From a virus, in IMG/VR virus record IMGVR_UViG_3300028597_000007: 64,000 nt of DNA. One strand, written 5' to 3'. The position numbers were made by a program, and so were the translations under genes. Each line of letters opens with the position of its first letter. The first letter of the stretch is position 1. Of this stretch, positions 1 to 8,878 are shown piece by piece. The notes beneath the pieces were generated by a model. It was not told the DNA's origin and did no database searches. It worked only from the letters and a program-made list of their open reading frames with translations.

Positions 1-239
1 TACGGGATCTCTCGCTGGCCAAACAATTTGCTCGGCGCGAGAAACGAATGCTGGAAGTGATGCGGGTTGTCCCCAACTCCCGTTTCGCTCGTGTTGTTTG
101 CGTGGTGGGTGACATCCACCTGCGCAGTAAGTCAAGTAAAGAACTAGGCGATGCATCCTGCATTGTCAAGGCCATCAACAATCGTTCTCTTAAGGCAGAC
201 GTAGTCCGCTGCCGGGAAGAATGGAGAGAAGCAGAATGA
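1..239 (+). CDS. hypothetical protein, probably 5'-truncated by the window edge
   Basis: Frame open from position 3 to TGA at 237-239; stop overlaps the next start (ATGA). Confidence 0.6.
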   Translation, partial: RDLSLAKQFARREKRMLEVMRVVPNSRFARVVCVVGDIHLRSKSSKELGDASCIVKAINNRSLKADVVRCREEWREAE

Positions 240-718
240 CAAAGCAATATCGAATCCCCCTACGCATCGGCACTTTCTTTACCACTTTTCAATCGGAGGG
301 TCAGGTTGTGGCTGACCTGATTGAAAGTGACTGGAGGGAACTCTACATGTTCCCCCTGTTCCTTGGCAATGAGCGTTACAAGCCCAAGCCTGAGAACCTC
401 CACCCGCAGGCCATGACTGCTGACACGCTGGTCGTTCCATGTGACGACCCGCAACCTCTGCGCCCGATGCCTGTAAAGGTCGGGCAGGTTACCGGCTTCT
501 TCATGTCGGCAAGTGATGGACCCTACATGGAGTTTGAGGCCACTTCTGACGAGGTGGACTTCGACAACCAGAACTGGGAAGCCCATGTGGAATTCACTCC
601 TCGGCTCAACAATCCCCGCGACTGTGTCACCCGCGTTCGTCTCAGTCAGTTGGGGGGTGGTGACGAAGTCCATGGCCTGCATCGTGACATGATGGAGGGG
701 CAGGATGAACCTGCGTAA
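236..718 (+). CDS. hypothetical phage protein
   Basis: ATG at 236 coupled to the upstream stop; part of a tiled operon. Confidence 0.75.
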   Translation: MTKQYRIPLRIGTFFTTFQSEGQVVADLIESDWRELYMFPLFLGNERYKPKPENLHPQAMTADTLVVPCDDPQPLRPMPVKVGQVTGFFMSASDGPYMEFEATSDEVDFDNQNWEAHVEFTPRLNNPRDCVTRVRLSQLGGGDEVHGLHRDMMEGQDEPA

Positions 719-1010
719 GTGGTGGGGTATGCGTCGGGCTAAGAAGCACTTCGCATACATTCGCACGCTCTGGATTGAGCAGCTTCGCGTTGACATTCAG
801 CCTTACGGCATTGGTATCACCGGCAACCTTAAAGTCTACTGTGGGTTCTGTCATTGTACCGAGTGTCGCTGTGGGGATTACCGCAACGACAAGCTAGCCA
901 AGGTGCGGGCAGAACTGCGCCGTATTCATGAACTACATCACAACGATGTCAAGAACACACTTGACGTCATTGAGAAACTGGAGAGAGATTGCGATGAACG
1001 TGTTTCATGA
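705..1010 (+). CDS. small Cys-rich protein (CGFCHCTECRC)
   Basis: RBS GGAGG/AGGA upstream; overlaps both neighbours. Confidence 0.75.
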   Translation: MNLRKWWGMRRAKKHFAYIRTLWIEQLRVDIQPYGIGITGNLKVYCGFCHCTECRCGDYRNDKLAKVRAELRRIHELHHNDVKNTLDVIEKLERDCDERVS

Positions 1011-1269
1011 AATGCTTAAGAGCATTCGTCGTTGGCGCCTGATTAAGCGCCTGGAGGCCGAGCACGAGAAGAGTCGTGCAGAGTTCCTCAAGCGTATCCA
1101 GGACGAAGGCTACACGCTGCTGGATGATTCCCAGGTGGTGTGCGACCAGTGCATGTCCAACTGCGGTCAATGTGGCTCCAGCATCCGCATGCATACTCTG
1201 ACCAAGGAGTACGACACGCTCAATGCCTGTCACCAGATCACGTTGGAATCGTTCAAGAGGCACGCGTAA
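994..1269 (+). CDS. small Cys-cluster protein (CDQCMSNCGQCG)
   Basis: GGAGAG upstream of ATG 994; motif shared with 1625-1840. Confidence 0.75.
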   Translation: MNVFHEMLKSIRRWRLIKRLEAEHEKSRAEFLKRIQDEGYTLLDDSQVVCDQCMSNCGQCGSSIRMHTLTKEYDTLNACHQITLESFKRHA

Positions 1270-1628
1270 TGGCCAGGGTAAATTTGTCTGTTTTCGACAG
1301 GACAGTGGATCGCACAACCAAGGCCTACGTGTACTACTCGAAGCTACGCGACATCAGGGAGAGACGCATCAAGGTTCTGGTGAGCAAGTACCAAAAGATT
1401 CGCCGCATCAAAGAGGTGGTTCGCCGGTTTGGCCTGACCATTGTCGATGGGTCGGTTGAGTTAGTGCCTGGTGTGGAATACAACGCTAGTGCGCCAGCAG
1501 TTGCCCGCAGCTTGAATGCAATGAACACCCGTAGTGGGTACATGCATCACTGCTTTGACAAGGCAAATATTCGCTCCACTATGTTGGCCAATCTGGTACT
1601 TAACCTCATCGAAAGGCGCACCCAATGA
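1269..1628 (+). CDS. basic hypothetical protein
   Basis: TAATG coupling at 1267-1271; ends ATGA with the next gene. Confidence 0.7.
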   Translation: MARVNLSVFDRTVDRTTKAYVYYSKLRDIRERRIKVLVSKYQKIRRIKEVVRRFGLTIVDGSVELVPGVEYNASAPAVARSLNAMNTRSGYMHHCFDKANIRSTMLANLVLNLIERRTQ

Positions 1629-1840
1629 AGTTGCTTAAATACATCTACCACTGGCTCAAGCTTGGGGTAGAGTACCGCAGGGAGATGGACCGTATCCGGG
1701 AACGGTACGAGTGCGATGACTGCTACAGCGATTGTGGTCAGTGTGGCATTGGCACCGGTATGATGACCAGACCGCGGGCAGAGGCTAAGCGCGCACTGCA
1801 GGTTGGTCGTGCAGTGCTTTTTGAAACCTACTGGAGGTAG
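1625..1840 (+). CDS. small Cys-cluster protein (CDDCYSDCGQCG)
   Basis: Coupled start; motif paralogous to 994-1269. Confidence 0.75.
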   Translation: MKLLKYIYHWLKLGVEYRREMDRIRERYECDDCYSDCGQCGIGTGMMTRPRAEAKRALQVGRAVLFETYWR

Positions 1841-1844
1841 TGCC

Positions 1845-2429
1845 ATGCCTAAAACTTACGCCGGAGTGGGGTCAAGGGATACCCCACAAGACATGCTGGA
1901 CCTGATGTATCGCATGGCCAAAGTGTTGTGTGACCTTGGATGGGTTGGTAACTCTGGCGAGGCTCCTGGTGCCGATTGGTATTTCCATGAAGGTGCCAGG
2001 GCTAGTAAGAATTATGGCCCTGGTATGTTCAATGCCATCATTCCGTGGAATGGATTCAAGACACAGAACCAGGTCAAGGTGTATGAGAAGCCTGGTAACA
2101 ACATCTACGTCATGGACAATTACCGCCGCAAGCGGGCAAGGGTATTGGGCATCGGGGCACGTGGGACATTACGTGGCCTAGATACACCGGGTAAGATTGA
2201 CCTACATGCACGCAACGCAATGCAGGTGCTTGGCATGGATCTTTGTACTCCAATCAAGTTCCTGGTCTGCTGGGCGAAACCAGTGGGCAAAGAAGGCAAG
2301 GTATCTGGCGGAACCAACACAGCAGTTGCGTTGGCACTGCACTTTGGTATCGATGTAATCAATCTAGCTACACCTCAAGGTTTGGGCAGGGCCCTGGCAT
2401 TCCTTGAGGAACATGAGGAAGCAGCATGA
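1845..2429 (+). CDS. SLOG-superfamily (DprA/Smf/YpsA-like) nucleotide-binding protein
   Basis: YAGVGSRDTP, SGEAPGAD and GGTNTAV motifs; RBS GGAGG before ATG 1845. Confidence 0.8.
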   Translation: MPKTYAGVGSRDTPQDMLDLMYRMAKVLCDLGWVGNSGEAPGADWYFHEGARASKNYGPGMFNAIIPWNGFKTQNQVKVYEKPGNNIYVMDNYRRKRARVLGIGARGTLRGLDTPGKIDLHARNAMQVLGMDLCTPIKFLVCWAKPVGKEGKVSGGTNTAVALALHFGIDVINLATPQGLGRALAFLEEHEEAA

Positions 2430-3037
2430 GCACTCAAAAGTTCCAACGTTTTGATCACATCAAGATTGCCGAAGATCTTGGTTCAGCGATGTCCCACTTC
2501 AAGTCTGGAGTGGAAGCCATCGTGTTGTACAGCTACAAGGAAAAGTACGGTGGGCGTCATCACGCCCACCAGTATTGTCTCTACTTCAAAGGTGGTGGTC
2601 AGTCTGCCTGGTACAACGAGAACCAGCTCACCCTCATCGCATCCGGTCAGGAAGCCCTTTACAACGACTGGAACACCCAAGCGGAAGAAAGAAAGAAGCG
2701 GCACAGTGATCTGGAATGGATCTTCTCTCCAAAGCACATGACCGCGGACTTCTCTCTGTCTGGCGACTCGGCCCAAGCCATTGCCGACCTGATGGATGCT
2801 GGTAGTCTCTGGGGATCTCGTGGGGAAGGTTGGACGTGGTACGATAACTACCAGGCCGTAGCCAGATTCGCTCTCCCGTACATCGTTGCGGGCGACAAGG
2901 ATGGCTTCATGGCCGCCGTTGAGAAGGTCAAGGAAAGCATCGCAGCGGCAAGGGCTGGACACAAACCCGAGCCATGCACTCCACCGTATCACCCACAACC
3001 CCCTGAACCTGAGCCGAAGCCTCAGGACAAGGATTAA
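2426..3037 (+). CDS. hypothetical phage protein with an SH3-like N-terminus and Pro-rich tail
   Basis: Coupled start; DLGSAMSHF...AWYNENQLTLI pattern common in phage proteins (from recall). Confidence 0.7.
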   Translation: MSTQKFQRFDHIKIAEDLGSAMSHFKSGVEAIVLYSYKEKYGGRHHAHQYCLYFKGGGQSAWYNENQLTLIASGQEALYNDWNTQAEERKKRHSDLEWIFSPKHMTADFSLSGDSAQAIADLMDAGSLWGSRGEGWTWYDNYQAVARFALPYIVAGDKDGFMAAVEKVKESIAAARAGHKPEPCTPPYHPQPPEPEPKPQDKD

Positions 3038-3039
3038 CA

Positions 3040-3381
3040 ATGGCTAAGAAAGGCTTTGTGATACATCGCACGGTCATTCTGGAATACGACCGGAATGACC
3101 TGGATGCCGAAGAACGCATCAATGACTTTGTTCATGACGGTATCCATCACATCGAATGGGAGGGTGACTTGCAAGATCCTTACATTCGGTCGAAGAAAGT
3201 TGTGTGTTATCTGCGCAGCTTCATGTTTAGCGACGGGTTCCTGTACGCATCCGTCATCCCCCGTGCGGGAGAGAAGACCTTGCCGGAAGGCTGGCCACTC
3301 ACCCATGACTTTAAAGTGATGAAGAGCCCTAGTGGTGGCATCACCAAAATTGTTCTGGTTAAGAAAGAGGACGAGGCGTGA
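3040..3381 (+). CDS. hypothetical protein
   Basis: Tiled ORF in the operon. Confidence 0.7.
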   Translation: MAKKGFVIHRTVILEYDRNDLDAEERINDFVHDGIHHIEWEGDLQDPYIRSKKVVCYLRSFMFSDGFLYASVIPRAGEKTLPEGWPLTHDFKVMKSPSGGITKIVLVKKEDEA

Positions 3382-3989
3382 CTACAGCAGTTTTCGATGG
3401 TAAGTATCTGGCGGCCGATACCCGTGTTACTTCCAGAATGCCGGAGATGGATCGTTGCTGTCCGTCCTGCGACAAAGAGATCAACAAGACCTACGGCGTT
3501 GTCAGGAAGTTGGCAGTACCGCCTTCTGGCAAGGCGATGTTCCGTGGGCAGAAGACTGTAGCGTGGGCCGGTGCAGGCATGCTTAAAACCATGAAAGCAT
3601 TCAGCCGGGCAATGGACAAGAACATGCCACTGGAAGACGTACACAACGTCATCAAGATGGCGGGTGGCAGCCTGGACTGCAGCATTCTGGTTGTTACCGA
3701 AGAAAGCTGCTGGCAGATCGAGGTGCGTGACACCCTGACAGTTACCGAAGTCAAAGAGTTCCCAGTGGCCATTGGCTCTGGTTTACCTGCTGCGCTGTTT
3801 GCCTGCAAGTACCTGAACATGACTGCGTTCGGTGCGGTGGGCGCTGCCTCGCTGAGTGATCCATCAACCGGCGGGGCTATCCATTACGTGGACTGTCGCC
3901 CAGAGAACGGCGAAGTTCCCCGTATGCAATCTGACACCTGGTCTGACCAGGAAATGCGTGACCACCTCAAGGAGATGCAACATGTCTGA
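3378..3989 (+). CDS. HslV/proteasome-beta-like Ntn-hydrolase peptidase
   Basis: N-terminal M-T-T (Thr1 nucleophile), LAADTRVT, AIGSG motif. Confidence 0.8.
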   Translation: MTTAVFDGKYLAADTRVTSRMPEMDRCCPSCDKEINKTYGVVRKLAVPPSGKAMFRGQKTVAWAGAGMLKTMKAFSRAMDKNMPLEDVHNVIKMAGGSLDCSILVVTEESCWQIEVRDTLTVTEVKEFPVAIGSGLPAALFACKYLNMTAFGAVGAASLSDPSTGGAIHYVDCRPENGEVPRMQSDTWSDQEMRDHLKEMQHV

Positions 3990-4815
3990 AGCCCAAAAGG
4001 ATTTCGTCCTTGTCCCGAACTACGACGACGGCAAGTATTTCCGTCTGACCGATGGCAACCACATCGTTGACGACCACGGTAATATCTTCATGAACAACGT
4101 GCGGATATTCCATCTCAATTACGAGAGTCCGTGGACCAACGTCTACTATCCGGCCAGCCCATCCGCGTTGGACGCGATCTACAGCTGGTGTAACCGCGGG
4201 GTAGACGGGCTCTTCTTCGCGGAGTACGGCAACCCACAATTACCAGAAGAGCACAGCGAGAAACTCAAGCGTCTGATGACGCTGGACGATAGTCGTTGTG
4301 TAGCGCGGTTCTCCAAGACCCGTGTGGTGAATGAGCTGAACGGACAGCATGTAGCCCCAGGTGCCTGGGTAGTGGCTGACGTTGTTTTCCCAGCACTCGC
4401 CCAGGGCAGTGACGGCTATCTCATCGCATACATGAAAGCGGGTGGTCCATTCCGATTCTCGCAGCGCTCCACTGCAGAAAGTCGGTACGGTTACGAGAGC
4501 AAGAGGCACATGCTCATCAACACCCTGGCCACGTTTGACATCATCACCAAGGAGATGGATGACAAGGACATCGCCGAAGAAGCTCGGATCAAGGCCGAGC
4601 GGGCAGAGCGCAATGAGCGCGAATCGGCTGAGTGCGGTGCCTCCGAGCTGATCGAGGAGCCGGCGGATGAGGCTGATCCCAACCCAAAGGCCGAACTGCA
4701 TCCGAAGACCCAGGCACTGATGCGTCGCGCGCTACCTGCCGGTTACGATGAGAAAGCTCCTTGCGATGTCGACACCAGCAAGGAAGCGTACCTCGAAAAG
4801 CCCGCCTCCGAATAA
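3982..4815 (+). CDS. prohead-protease (T4 gp21/phiKZ gp175-like) paralog with the catalytic His replaced by Asn
   Basis: AEYGNP (normally EYGHP), FSQRS and TFD motifs in the expected order; RBS AAGGAG. Confidence 0.6.
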   Translation: MSEAQKDFVLVPNYDDGKYFRLTDGNHIVDDHGNIFMNNVRIFHLNYESPWTNVYYPASPSALDAIYSWCNRGVDGLFFAEYGNPQLPEEHSEKLKRLMTLDDSRCVARFSKTRVVNELNGQHVAPGAWVVADVVFPALAQGSDGYLIAYMKAGGPFRFSQRSTAESRYGYESKRHMLINTLATFDIITKEMDDKDIAEEARIKAERAERNERESAECGASELIEEPADEADPNPKAELHPKTQALMRRALPAGYDEKAPCDVDTSKEAYLEKPASE

Positions 4816-4824
4816 CCGAATCTG

Positions 4825-4846
4825 AAACCTAGATCATTGAAGTGAA
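4825..4846 (+). promoter_or_regulatory. phage promoter motif AAACCTAGATCATT-N4-TGAA
   Basis: Matches the repeated intergenic consensus; upstream of the 4892 operon. Confidence 0.7.
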
Positions 4847-4891
4847 GACCTATACCAAGTCTTCACTTCTTTCACACAAGGGAACTTAACT

Positions 4892-6715
4892 GTGTCTGAA
4901 ACTAACGTTGTTCGCAAACTGACTCTGGTCAATGCGATTGTCGGTCTGGTAAAAGCTACCGGCAACTTCAACCATTTCCTGGCTACCCCGCAAGGTACCA
5001 CGGCCATGGTCGATCACCTCAACGATACCCGCAAGTGGTGGCCCGACTACTCCACCTACTTCACCGATGCGCGTATCCGCATTCTGCTGGCGGTCTACGT
5101 GGCCAAGCGTTACTACCCAGAGCTGGCCGACGAGTACAAGGACAAATTGGGTAGTCAGCGCGTAGCTGGTGATGTGCTCAAATCCTGCCTGGCTCGCATG
5201 GGTGCCGACGTTACTGACGAGGCCGCGATTCCGCCGAACGTCAAGGATGTCTGGAATACCCAGGACTACTGGGACAAGGCCTGTAAGTTTGCCGATACCA
5301 TCCAGAACAAACGCAACGAAGCCTACAACCTGGAAGTCGAGCGCAAGAAGAACCCAGGTCACTTCAAGGTGGCCGGCAAATGGGTTCCTTATGGCTCCGT
5401 GTTCACCGACGGCCAGGGCCAGGAGATGGTTGTCATCAACCACACCGTGTTGCCTAAGGCGCTGGTGGAGTCTCGTGGCCAGGGCTTCGAAAACAGCCTG
5501 GCCGTTATGCCTCTGGAAAAGGCGCAGCCGGCGATCAACCGTATCAACGAGCTGGGCGGTAGCATGTTCGCTGCTATCTGTCGTGTGGGCTTCGCCGAGA
5601 TCGAGCAGTTGGTTGCCGAGTGCGGTGAGATCGATGTGCGCGACGTGGCAATGAAGCGGGACTATCTCGCTGATCCAGGTTCCGCTGGCGACATTGCAGC
5701 CGGTTTCACCGAGATTCGTCAGGTAGCCATGCTCGAAGAACTCACCGACGAACAGCTGGACGCCGTCAAGCCTGGTTGGGCTCTGGCTGAAGGTAAAACT
5801 CGCCGCGAGTCATTCGAATTGTTGTTCGAACCGCGCGGTGCGACTCTTCAATGGGTTGCTCAGGCAAAGCCAGAAATCCAAATGTGTGTTTCCAGCGGCG
5901 TTCTGCGGGTCAAGGATGTGGCGGGTGCCAAGCTGGTCATGGTTTTGCCTGAAGGTTTCTACGACGGGTGCACCAAGCTTGACAACGGCATCGATCGCAT
6001 CCTCGAAGAGATGGATGAGAATGCCGTTGTCGTACAGCACGCCAAAGACGCGATGATGATCGAGCGTGGTGGCGAGTGGTACACCAACTACGCCCACGAC
6101 CCAAAGGTACCTGCAGCTGATCGGGCCAAAGGCGGCTGGTTGGACCCATGGGACATCAACAACCCATACCGCGAAAATGCGCCAATGTTCGTGACCTGGG
6201 CTGAAGTTCACCTGCTCGACTCCAAGGAAGAAACCAGGGCGCGCTGCCAGCGCCACTGGCACGAATCCTCGATCGATGACGGTGAACTTCGCCCAGCGGT
6301 CGACGGTCGTTTCCCGCAGTTCGGTCAGTACGTCATCATTCGCCCAGAATCACCTGAGAAGTACAAGGCGATCTGTGACCGCCTGCGCCCTATCCGTCGG
6401 GCCATGGCTATGCTGAGCAAACCGGCTGATCCGTACTGGCCGAAAGAGCAGCAGCTCAAGCACTGGGTTGATCTGGGCTTTACTGAGGGCGAAGCATTGG
6501 ACCTACATCTGCGTTCCCGCTTGCTGCGCGGGGTCAACAAGCTGTTCAACGACCTGGGCTGGGACGAAGACAAGGTTGCAGAAGCGACCGGCTACGCCAA
6601 GCACGCGGTGGCAGACCTGCGCAAGGGCTACATCGAAATGTTCGAACTGGAAGAGCTGACTGAGTTGGATAAGAAGGTCCGTCAGTTGGTTGAAGAAAAC
6701 AAACAAGGGGAGTAA
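4892..6715 (+). CDS. large hypothetical protein with a C-terminal XRE-like HTH
   Basis: 607 aa; C-terminus WDEDKVAEATGYAKHAVADLRKGYIEMFELEEL has HTH spacing. Confidence 0.7.
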   Translation: MSETNVVRKLTLVNAIVGLVKATGNFNHFLATPQGTTAMVDHLNDTRKWWPDYSTYFTDARIRILLAVYVAKRYYPELADEYKDKLGSQRVAGDVLKSCLARMGADVTDEAAIPPNVKDVWNTQDYWDKACKFADTIQNKRNEAYNLEVERKKNPGHFKVAGKWVPYGSVFTDGQGQEMVVINHTVLPKALVESRGQGFENSLAVMPLEKAQPAINRINELGGSMFAAICRVGFAEIEQLVAECGEIDVRDVAMKRDYLADPGSAGDIAAGFTEIRQVAMLEELTDEQLDAVKPGWALAEGKTRRESFELLFEPRGATLQWVAQAKPEIQMCVSSGVLRVKDVAGAKLVMVLPEGFYDGCTKLDNGIDRILEEMDENAVVVQHAKDAMMIERGGEWYTNYAHDPKVPAADRAKGGWLDPWDINNPYRENAPMFVTWAEVHLLDSKEETRARCQRHWHESSIDDGELRPAVDGRFPQFGQYVIIRPESPEKYKAICDRLRPIRRAMAMLSKPADPYWPKEQQLKHWVDLGFTEGEALDLHLRSRLLRGVNKLFNDLGWDEDKVAEATGYAKHAVADLRKGYIEMFELEELTELDKKVRQLVEENKQGE

Positions 6716-6718
6716 GCA

Positions 6719-7408
6719 GTGTCAAAGGCAAAGAAGTTCTTTGCGGAGGCAGCCGTGCAAGCGGCTGCTGCTAAAAAGGCCAAGGAAGAAGCAGAGATCG
6801 CTGAAGCCAAGCGCATCGCTGCAGAGGAGCGTGAAGCATGGCGGGAGAAGACCCGTCAAGACCCACTCAGCACGCTGGACACTTTGTTGATTCTGGCGTT
6901 GATGGAAAAGTTCCACGGCCAGGTCGGTATCACTGGCAAACCCAAGCGGTTCCTGGAAAAGGTGTGGGATCTTAAGGACCGGGTAAAGGTGGCTGTCGTG
7001 GCTACCGTGCTCGACCCGATCTATCGCGCACCTTTCCCGTTCAAGGTACTCACCCAGATGACCGAGCACTACGTCACTCTGGACGAGACCACGCAACAAT
7101 TTGTGGAAGATGGCTATCAGGGCCTGCTGATCCACGAAGGACTTATCTACCCGGTCAAGCTGTACGCCGAAGATAAGGAAGCGCATACCTGGGGCAAGGA
7201 AAACGAAGTCCAGTTGATGCGCATGGCCGCACATGTTGCATGTGCGGCTTTCGACATCCCCACCATTCAGTGTCACGTACTGTTCTTCATGCAATCTGGA
7301 TTCTCACATCGCATGGGCTCGGTAGGACACCGCGCGGTGGATATCAAGGAGGCCTTCCCTGATCAGGACGAGGCCAATGTAGTCAAGACTATTCGAGTGG
7401 TTGGATAA
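6719..7408 (+). CDS. hypothetical protein with an Ala/Lys/Glu coiled-coil N-terminus
   Basis: GTG start after GGGGAG; tiled operon. Confidence 0.75.
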   Translation: MSKAKKFFAEAAVQAAAAKKAKEEAEIAEAKRIAAEEREAWREKTRQDPLSTLDTLLILALMEKFHGQVGITGKPKRFLEKVWDLKDRVKVAVVATVLDPIYRAPFPFKVLTQMTEHYVTLDETTQQFVEDGYQGLLIHEGLIYPVKLYAEDKEAHTWGKENEVQLMRMAAHVACAAFDIPTIQCHVLFFMQSGFSHRMGSVGHRAVDIKEAFPDQDEANVVKTIRVVG

Positions 7409-7842
7409 TGGCAAAAATCATCTGTGCGTTTCATGGTACCGGACGTGTTCGGCTGTTCCACCATCTGCGCCAGAAGAAGGGCATGGACGTGGTGCTGGTT
7501 GGTGCTGGTTTCACCGACGCTGCATCGCTTCTTTGTGAGTACGGCAATGCCGATGTCATTATTGCTCCGGCAACTCCAGAACTGGTCGATAGCCTCGATC
7601 TGATCTGCGAGGACTTTGATCTGGTATACCCAGACCCTATGCTTTCGCCCAGTATGTTTACCACGGCAATGGCATTGGACGGCATGCAGTTGCAACAGAT
7701 CCACCGCGCCATCCACAACTGGCGTACGGATCTGCAAAAGCTACAAACGTTCCGCGATACCAATGTAAATCACATCGTTCTCGACGAGGGTCAAACCTTG
7801 CTCGACACCCATGGGATCAATAAAGATGAACAACGTAGTTGA
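7408..7842 (+). CDS. P-loop kinase-like protein with a degenerate Walker A
   Basis: IICAFHGTGRV resembles IxxAFPGTGKS; DLVYP and NW motifs typical of this small phage family (recall). Confidence 0.55.
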   Translation: MAKIICAFHGTGRVRLFHHLRQKKGMDVVLVGAGFTDAASLLCEYGNADVIIAPATPELVDSLDLICEDFDLVYPDPMLSPSMFTTAMALDGMQLQQIHRAIHNWRTDLQKLQTFRDTNVNHIVLDEGQTLLDTHGINKDEQRS

Positions 7843-8482
7843 AATACGCGAAGGGGTGCTTCACCAACAAGCGCGCCACTCGCCAAGCAAGTTGAAGGGG
7901 TTCTATCGGGCCCTTTGCAGAAGTCACGCAGCTGCCCGTGATGGCGGCTGGTCCTCGGCAGCCATGCTGTCTGCATCCATCGTGAATGAGATGCTGACCA
8001 AAGGCAGTCGATTGTGGTGGGACCTGATTGATCTGGAGTTCGGATCTCTCGCGTCTCCCGATAGTACGCGTGACGAGATTGGTTTCCGCACGCAAGCAGG
8101 CTGGGTATGCACAGGCACGCCTAGTCAGCCATTCATGATTGTCATGGCCATTCAACAACAGAATGGAATCCGTCCTGACATCACACAGAACCTGTTCCCC
8201 GAGGAGGTGGACGCCAGGTTGGCTGAAATGCTATCTGACCGGGATTTCCCGTCGGGTGGCCTGGAGCCCATGATCTCGAATCTGGGCACTGCCGCATTGT
8301 CGGCGAACCTGAAGGTAGAATCTCTGGAGGATAAGAACTCCTACATTCTGCTCAAGCTGCAAGATCCAAACGAACACGGCGGGTACACCAAATACACTGT
8401 ACACGTCTATCCCGATGCTCTGCTCAAAGACATCGATCTCATTAAAGCATCTCTTGCTACTCAGGAAGGAACCAAGCAATGA
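7826..8482 (+). CDS. hypothetical protein
   Basis: Tiled ORF; stop overlaps the next start. Confidence 0.7.
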   Translation: MNNVVEIREGVLHQQARHSPSKLKGFYRALCRSHAAARDGGWSSAAMLSASIVNEMLTKGSRLWWDLIDLEFGSLASPDSTRDEIGFRTQAGWVCTGTPSQPFMIVMAIQQQNGIRPDITQNLFPEEVDARLAEMLSDRDFPSGGLEPMISNLGTAALSANLKVESLEDKNSYILLKLQDPNEHGGYTKYTVHVYPDALLKDIDLIKASLATQEGTKQ

Positions 8483-8763
8483 TCAGCGTCAACCAACTGC
8501 AGGCTGAAATTCGTGAAGTCGAAGGTGTGGATGTAGTTGTCCACTCCGCCAAGCCTGGTGAGTTGTTCGAGTCTTACAAAACCAAATGGCCAAAAGGTCT
8601 GTCCAACGAGCGCACCCTGTCGGCGTTCAAGCGTCGCCTTGAGCACTGCCTGCGTGGGCACAGCTACGGCATTCTGAAAGCCGATGGCAACAAGACTCAA
8701 GGCGCTGGCAACATCTACATGTCCACCATTCGTGGTGTGGAAGTAGAGAAGGCCGAGGCATAA
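8479..8763 (+). CDS. small hypothetical protein, paralog of 16060-16353
   Basis: RBS AAGGA; followed by a terminator; aligns with the 16060 protein by eye. Confidence 0.8.
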   Translation: MISVNQLQAEIREVEGVDVVVHSAKPGELFESYKTKWPKGLSNERTLSAFKRRLEHCLRGHSYGILKADGNKTQGAGNIYMSTIRGVEVEKAEA

Positions 8764-8815
8764 AGGCCCTGCCCCCTGCCTTCGGGCAGGGGGCTAGCCT
8801 ATGCTTTTTCTTTTT
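8758..8815 (+). terminator. intrinsic terminator with GCATA/TATGC flanks
   Basis: GCCCCCTGCC-TTCG-GGCAGGGGGC stem followed by a T tract. Confidence 0.9.
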
Positions 8816-8831
8816 GTTTCAACCAATATTC

Positions 8832-8853
8832 AAACCTGAATTATCCCTTTGAA
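8832..8853 (+). promoter_or_regulatory. phage promoter motif AAACCTGAATTATC-N4-TGAA
   Basis: Consensus match directly after a terminator. Confidence 0.75.
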
Positions 8854-8878
8854 TCTAACCCGCGTAATGGAGTTACAC

